Part shown: piece by piece, positions 58,092 to 64,000 of the stretch
Layout: each line of letters begins with the position of its first letter
Numbering within the stretch: the first letter of the stretch is position 1
From: the human T2T-CHM13v2.0 reference genome, Homo sapiens
Assembly (NCBI RefSeq): GCF_009914755.1
Contig: NC_060940.1
Strand: one strand, 5' to 3'
DNA: 64,000 nt
Notes under the pieces: generated by a model
The model's database searches: none
What the model was told of the DNA's origin: nothing
What the model saw: only the letters and a program-made list of their open reading frames with translations
Made by a program: the position numbers and the translations under genes

Positions 58092-58256
58092 GTTATGATT
58101 TGTGTGTGCTTGGTGAGAACACATAAGATCAACTTCTTCAGAAATATCAAGTATATAGCACAGTATTGTTCATTGTCATCACAAGACTATGCATTAATGA
58201 GATCCTCAGAGCTTATCCTACGTAACTGAAATTTTGTGCATTTTGACCAACATCTC
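58092..58256. repeat. 165-bp local copy of 55896-56060
   Basis: 154/165 identical, ungapped, same orientation. Confidence 0.95.
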
Positions 58257-58262
58257 TCATTC

Positions 58263-58268
58263 ATATAT

Positions 58269-58340
<72 letters not shown>
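58263..58340. repeat. (GT)n(AT)n microsatellite
   Basis: Seen directly. Confidence 0.97.
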
Positions 58341-58341
<1 letters not shown>

Positions 58342-59270
58342 ATCTTAGCCAGATCTTCTGGATAACTTGCTGGAGCTTTAGGACTTGCTGCTTCACCTTG
58401 CATTTTTATGTTATAGAGATGGTTTCTTTTCTTAAACCTCATGAGCCAGGCTCTGCTAGCTTCAAGCTTTTCTTCTGCAGCTTCCTACCATTCTCAGCCT
58501 TCATAGAATTGAAGAGAGTTAGGGTCTTGCTCTGGGTTGGGCTTTGGCTTAAGGGAATGTTGTGGCTTATTTGATCTTCTATCCAGACCACTGAAACTTT
58601 GTCCATATCATCAGCAAGGCTGTTTCACTTTCTTATCATTCCTGTGTTCACTGGAGTAGCAATTTAAATTTCTTTCAGTAACTTTTCTTTTGCATCCACA
58701 ACGTGGATAACTGTTTGGGGGAAGAGGCCTAGCTTTTGGCCTATCTTTGCTTTTGACATGCTTTTCTCACAAAGTTTAATCATTAGTTTTTGATTCAAGG
58801 TGAGAAACATGTGACTCTTTCTTTCACTTGAACACTTAAAGGTCATGGTAGGATTATTCACTGACCTGATTTCAGTATTATTGTGTCTCAGAGAATAGGG
58901 AGACCTGAGGAGAGAGGGAAAGATGGGGAACAGCTGGTTTGCGAAATAGTCAGAACACACACTACATTTATCAGTTAAACCTCCCATCCTATGGGAGAAG
59001 TTCACAGCACTCCAAAACAATTACAATAGCAGTATCAAAGATCACTGATCACAGATAACTGTAACAGATGTAATAATCATGAAAAAATTTTAAATATTGC
59101 AGGTATTACCAAAATGTGCCACAGAGACATGAGGTATACACACACTGTTGGGAAAATGGCACTGATAGACTTGCTTGACACAGGGTTGCCGTAAAGCTTT
59201 AATTGATTAAAGAGCAAGCAGTGTCTGTGAAGTATAATAAAATGAAGTGCAATAAAATGACCTGGGCCTG
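58341..59270 (-). mobile_element. Tigger1 5' portion with degraded transposase N-terminus
   Basis: TIR-like CCTG followed by TA at 59267-59272; ORF 58664-59020 reads [35 protein letters not shown] (Tigger1 HTH). Confidence 0.92.
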
Positions 59271-59403
59271 TAATAACCTCCCACCTCTGGCTGTGACAGC
59301 CAAATATGCCTCCAGACATTGCCAAATCTCCCCAGTACACTGAGTGAATCCCCTGTTGTTAGACAGCTAGGTTGTTACCTATTTTTTCCATTATAGAAAA
59401 TGT

Positions 59404-59697
59404 TCCCAGCATTTTGGGAGGCCAAGACGGGCAGAACACTTGAGCCCAGGAGTTCAAGACCAGCCTGGGCAATATAGAGAAACCCTGTCTCTACCAAGGA
59501 AAAAAAAAACAAAGAAAAGAACTGCACAAAACTTAGCCAGGCATGGTGGTGAGTGCCTGTAGTCCCAGTTAACTGGGGAGGCTGAGGTGGGAGGATCCCT
59601 TGAGCCTGGGAGGCAGCGGTTGCAGTCAGCTGTGTTTGCACTGCCGTACTCCAGCCTGGGTGACAAAGTGAGACCCTGTCTCAAAAAATAAAAAAAG
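59404..59697 (+). mobile_element. AluJ
   Basis: Sense diverged Alu, 5'-truncated; flanked by AGAAA(A)TGTT. Confidence 0.9.
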
Positions 59698-60668
59698 AAA
59701 TGTTATAAAATATCATTTTGTGCTATAAGCTTTTTGTGGTATTTCCAATATGTAGAAGAGACTTCCACAAGCAGAGGTATGAGGTCAGTGGAAAGGAGGG
59801 TTTTTAAGGATCTTTGTCTGTATTTCCACATTGCCAAGCTAAATTTGGCAAGCTAAAGGCTCCCTCTTAGGAGCTTTTCCTAACCTTGCACCTAGCCGCA
59901 GAAAGTAACCAGGGGCTCTTTAGAAGGAAACTTAGATGGTGACACCTTACCCCAAAGATAGCAGGTTACAATGGGAAAGGCCCAGAGAGCCTCAGCACCC
60001 ACTTCTCACACCAACCCAGGCTCCTCCCTTCTTCATAATTAAGCTTCAGATAATGTTTGCAATCTCCCCGTGTTTTCTACCATGTGTCAGGGTGACTGAT
60101 GGGCTTGTCACAGCTCAGACTCCCTGTAAACCGGCACTGTGACTGCTTTAACCTTCCTTAATAGACCAACTTCAAGGGCAAACCAAGGACAGAGATTTGC
60201 CAGGCCCTCCCTGATCAGTCCCTCCCTCCCCTGTGACTTTTTCTTTCCTCTCTTCTGCCTCTTGCTCCTCTCAAAATCGTCTGCAAGATAGACCTAAGGC
60301 AGTTGCCGAGCACCATAAGTAAAACTATTCTTAGGTTACAAGCTGCCAGAATTTTCAAGCAAGTGCATGTAAATATTTCATTCCTGACAGTGAGAGTTAT
60401 TAAGAGAAACCTTGTGCGTTTTCTAGAAGAATTTTAAGAGACATTTATTCATTGGACATGTCTGGAGCCTGCAGAATTTGGTAGGAGATGGGAAGGGAGG
60501 TAGGGAGATGAATATCATCCATGAATGGGCTCTTTCCTTTTTTACACTTATGGTTAAAATTTAAGATGAGTCCTGGCGGCTCAGTGGCTGGAACCAAGTC
60601 CCAGGCCAGAATAGAAGAGAAAGAGATAGGGAGAGGGGAAGCTGCCTACTTCAGAAATACCCCTTTGG

Positions 60669-61014
<346 letters not shown>

Positions 61015-61529
61015 TCATAATATCAGATGTTAGGACTTCTGCTACTGTTACAGTGATTACCTTGAACTCACAAAACCACAGCTATCCATTCTCAATCTCC
61101 AACTCTAAGCCAGACGTTCCCATTGAATATACATAAAACAGCAAGAAAGATTTTTGTGTCCCTTTTTAAATAAGGAAACTGAGCCTCAGACAGGTAAGGT
61201 AACTTTCCCATGGTAGAGTAAGGACGTATAAAGATCAGGCATTTTTGTCCTTACACATTCTACCAGCTGGAGATCAAGTTGAAGGTTCTGAAAATCACTT
61301 GCCAGCAAAGGAAGAAAGTTTACAGTGGAAAATCACAAAGAACAGCATAGGTGCCCAGGGTTTTGTGACAGGGAGGATAAAACTCTGCCTACCATTGGCC
61401 AGCAACCATGCCAGGCACCTTGAACATATTGTTTTGCTTCTTACAGCAGTCTTATAAAATGCTATTTCCATTTTACAGGTATAAAATTATGGAATCAGAG
61501 AGGCTAAGTCACTTGTCATCATCTATGGT

Positions 61530-61820
61530 CATGTAACAGAATATCCCTAAAACTTAGTAACCGTTTATTATACCTCAAGATACTGTGGGTCAGGAATCTA
61601 GGCAGCGCCTGCTGGGCATGAGTTGACTCAGGTTTCTTGGTGAAATTCAGTTGACTGGCACATTGGTCAGGAAGACTGGAAGCCTGGGCTCCCGTGGGAC
61701 TGATCCCAAAGCACCTAGATGTAGCCTCTGCAACAAGGCTATCTTAGGATAGTCAAAATTCTGACATTTCAGCTGTGGGTGCCCAGAGAGCAGCCCAGTA
61801 GACAGTAGTGGACACTGTCA
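61530..61820 (-). mobile_element. MLT1-family LTR fragment
   Basis: TCCCTAAAACTTAGT..CTGTGGGTCAGGAATCTAGGCAG. Confidence 0.6.
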
Positions 61821-61824
61821 GCAT

Positions 61825-62110
61825 TTCTTTTTTTTTGTGATGGAGTCTCACTCTGTCGCCCAGGCTGGAGTGCAATGGCATGATCTCAACTCACTGCAAC
61901 CTCCGCCTCCTGGATTCAAGTGACTCTCCTGCCTCAGCCTCCTGAGTAGCTGGGATTACAGACGCATGCCACCATGCCAAGCTAATTTTTGTATTTTTAG
62001 CAGAGAAGGGGTCTCACCATGTTGGTCAGGCTGGTCAGGAGACCTCGTGATCCACCCGCCTCCACCTCCCAAAGTGCTGGGATTACAGACGTGAGCCACC
62101 GCGCCTGGCC
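61825..62110 (-). mobile_element. AluS
   Basis: Antisense dimer. Confidence 0.93.
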
Positions 62111-62989
62111 TACTTCACCACTTTTTGACAATAGGACTATAAGGTTTTCTGTTTGTGCCTGTGAAAACAGTCTAGAGATTCAAATTGGTTCAAGAAAAGA
62201 GTTGACTCAGTTTGTTTAAGAACTCACAACCTGTTGCTTGCTCCCATTTGTCAAGGTGGCTGTGTAGAGGAGAAGGGGAATGCAGTGTTTCCTGTTATCC
62301 CCAAATGGATCATTAGGACGCAAAGTTGCCTGCAGAGATAAGCTATGCATGATAAGTTCCAAAATAGTGAGGTCCAGATACCTCCCCAGGGCTAAAAGAG
62401 GACAAGGCAATTGTGCTATTTCTAGTGTCCACTAGTCTATATAAGCAGAAGATCAGAGAGGATTCAAGAAGAGAGAGAAGAATGAGTCATGGGTCAACGT
62501 CCTTCTCCACAACATCATGAAAAAAGCCAAGCTCCAGGGCTCCTCTTGTAGATACTGGGAGGCCAGCAAAAAGAGGCCCTGATCTACTCACGCAGCATCT
62601 TTGATGGTCGTTCTTCTGGGCTTATTTGTGCAGGTGGAGATAAAAAGGAATGGAGGAGAGAGAAAGCTTCATTCTCTGCTTTGCTCTCGCTTTTTGTGGC
62701 TAGGTGAGGACCTGAGTTTCCTGAAGGCTAAAGGGATACCAAAGAGAAACTGGGTTTGAGCTTTGTGGCTGGTGTACCAGAGAGAACCAGCTGCAAGGTG
62801 AACAATCTCAGTGTCAAGAGATGGAGTCACACTGCCAGCATTCTATCACCAGGAGAGTTTGGGAGAGGTTGAGCAGAAGTGGATTTCCTATCATGGAACC
62901 ATGTAGGAGGATCTTGTACAAAGTAGTGCTTCAGTGGGGATGTGTGGGCAGCCAGCTGGGTCTGTTCACCAGAACCATCTTCTCCCCTT

Positions 62990-63345
62990 TGATACACGGT
63001 TGGCTACATGCTTACACCCCCCTGCCACACAGGTGACTATGTGACTGAGCTCTAGACAATTGAATGTGAGCTGGAATGATGCATGCTGCTTCTGGGTGTG
63101 GTCTCTAAAAACCACTACTCATTCTCCTCCTGTCAGATTGGGACAAAGATGATGATGGTGGCTTTGGAAGTCACATCTTAAGCGTAGCAGAGCCTCTTTC
63201 ACTCTGATTTTCTGAATATTCACGTGGAAGAGATCTGTTATTCAATTTGCTCTCCCACCTGGGACTCCTACATGAGAAAGGAATGAATGTCCATTGTGTT
63301 GGGCTGTTATGCATTTGGTTCTATTTGCAACTGTAGCTTAGATAT
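62990..63345 (+). mobile_element. MLT1-family LTR fragment
   Basis: ATGTGACTGAGCTCTAG..AATGTGAGC..GGACT..ACATGAGAAAG..CATTGTGTT. Confidence 0.6.
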
Positions 63346-64000
63346 CCTTGACGAACATAAGCAGCCTTCACCCATAGGACTCCCCCTAATCCACCCATGC
63401 CCCATGACGGTGCCAGCATTTGGACATCTTTCATACACAGGGCATTTGTTGCTATTGGAATTCACCTGATCACCAGAGGCATTAGCAGATGATTTCATTT
63501 GTTGCAAAGTGCAAAGGATGTTGTTGCCCTTTCTCTTGAACCCATCTTCTTAGACGCAATGGCAGAACAGATGAAACCAGAAAACCAAAGGGGAAAGAGG
63601 TCAGGAAAGAAAAGACCATGCATTCTCCCCAGTTAGTCCTTCTGGTTGCTGCCTGTGGGGGGAATGGAGGAGATGCGTCTTATACTGTACGTGAGATTAA
63701 AGTTTTACACAGAGTTGGACTTGAGAGGACAGGAATTCTCAGGCCTGAGAGTGACGGCCATTCTCTGTGTCTGGCCGAGGTGTCCTTACAGCTCAAAAAC
63801 CTCCACATGTGTGTCATTCATTTCATACGCTGGTGTCAGACCATTCCATAAGTCAGTTCTATCTAAGCCAGAGACAGTCTGGCAAAGACGACCTGCTAGA
63901 CTCCTTCAGGGTTTGGGGATCTAAGATTTTCATGTGAATGACTAGCAACAGAAGTAATCACCCAAATGCTGCCACGGATCCTCGTGTTTACCTGGAATGC

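Noticed and set aside
58664-59020. Domesticated TIGD-like transposase gene
   Set aside because: Short, interrupted piece within a truncated Tigger1 fossil

Overview
Human (or at least hominin) non-coding DNA, intronic or intergenic. The species call rests on an AluYb8 carrying its diagnostic 7-bp duplication. I see no intact protein-coding exon, RNA gene or CpG-island promoter. Much of the window is interspersed repeat: about 21 Alu/FRAM copies, L1PA/PB/MA/MB fragments, L2, MIR, MaLR/ERVL solo LTRs, and hAT/Tigger DNA transposons. The only gene-derived sequence I recognise is a 5'-truncated, disabled processed pseudogene of FBXW12 on the minus strand (~39750-40388). The repeat catalogue does not explain several structures: a ~400-bp inverted duplication (4319-4719 / 5674-6090), an order-permuted duplication (A-B at 24328-24632 versus B'..A' at 26345-26861), an 18-copy 26-bp hairpin-forming VNTR, and a 165-bp templated insertion inside a microsatellite junction. 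Five separate L1 insertions show 5' inversions (twin priming), and several repeat-free, motif-dense blocks look like developmental enhancers. I found no evidence for a novel multi-gene biological system. Repeat subfamily names and the FBXW12 match come from recalled consensus sequences and need RepeatMasker/BLAST confirmation. Boundaries of old repeats are approximate.
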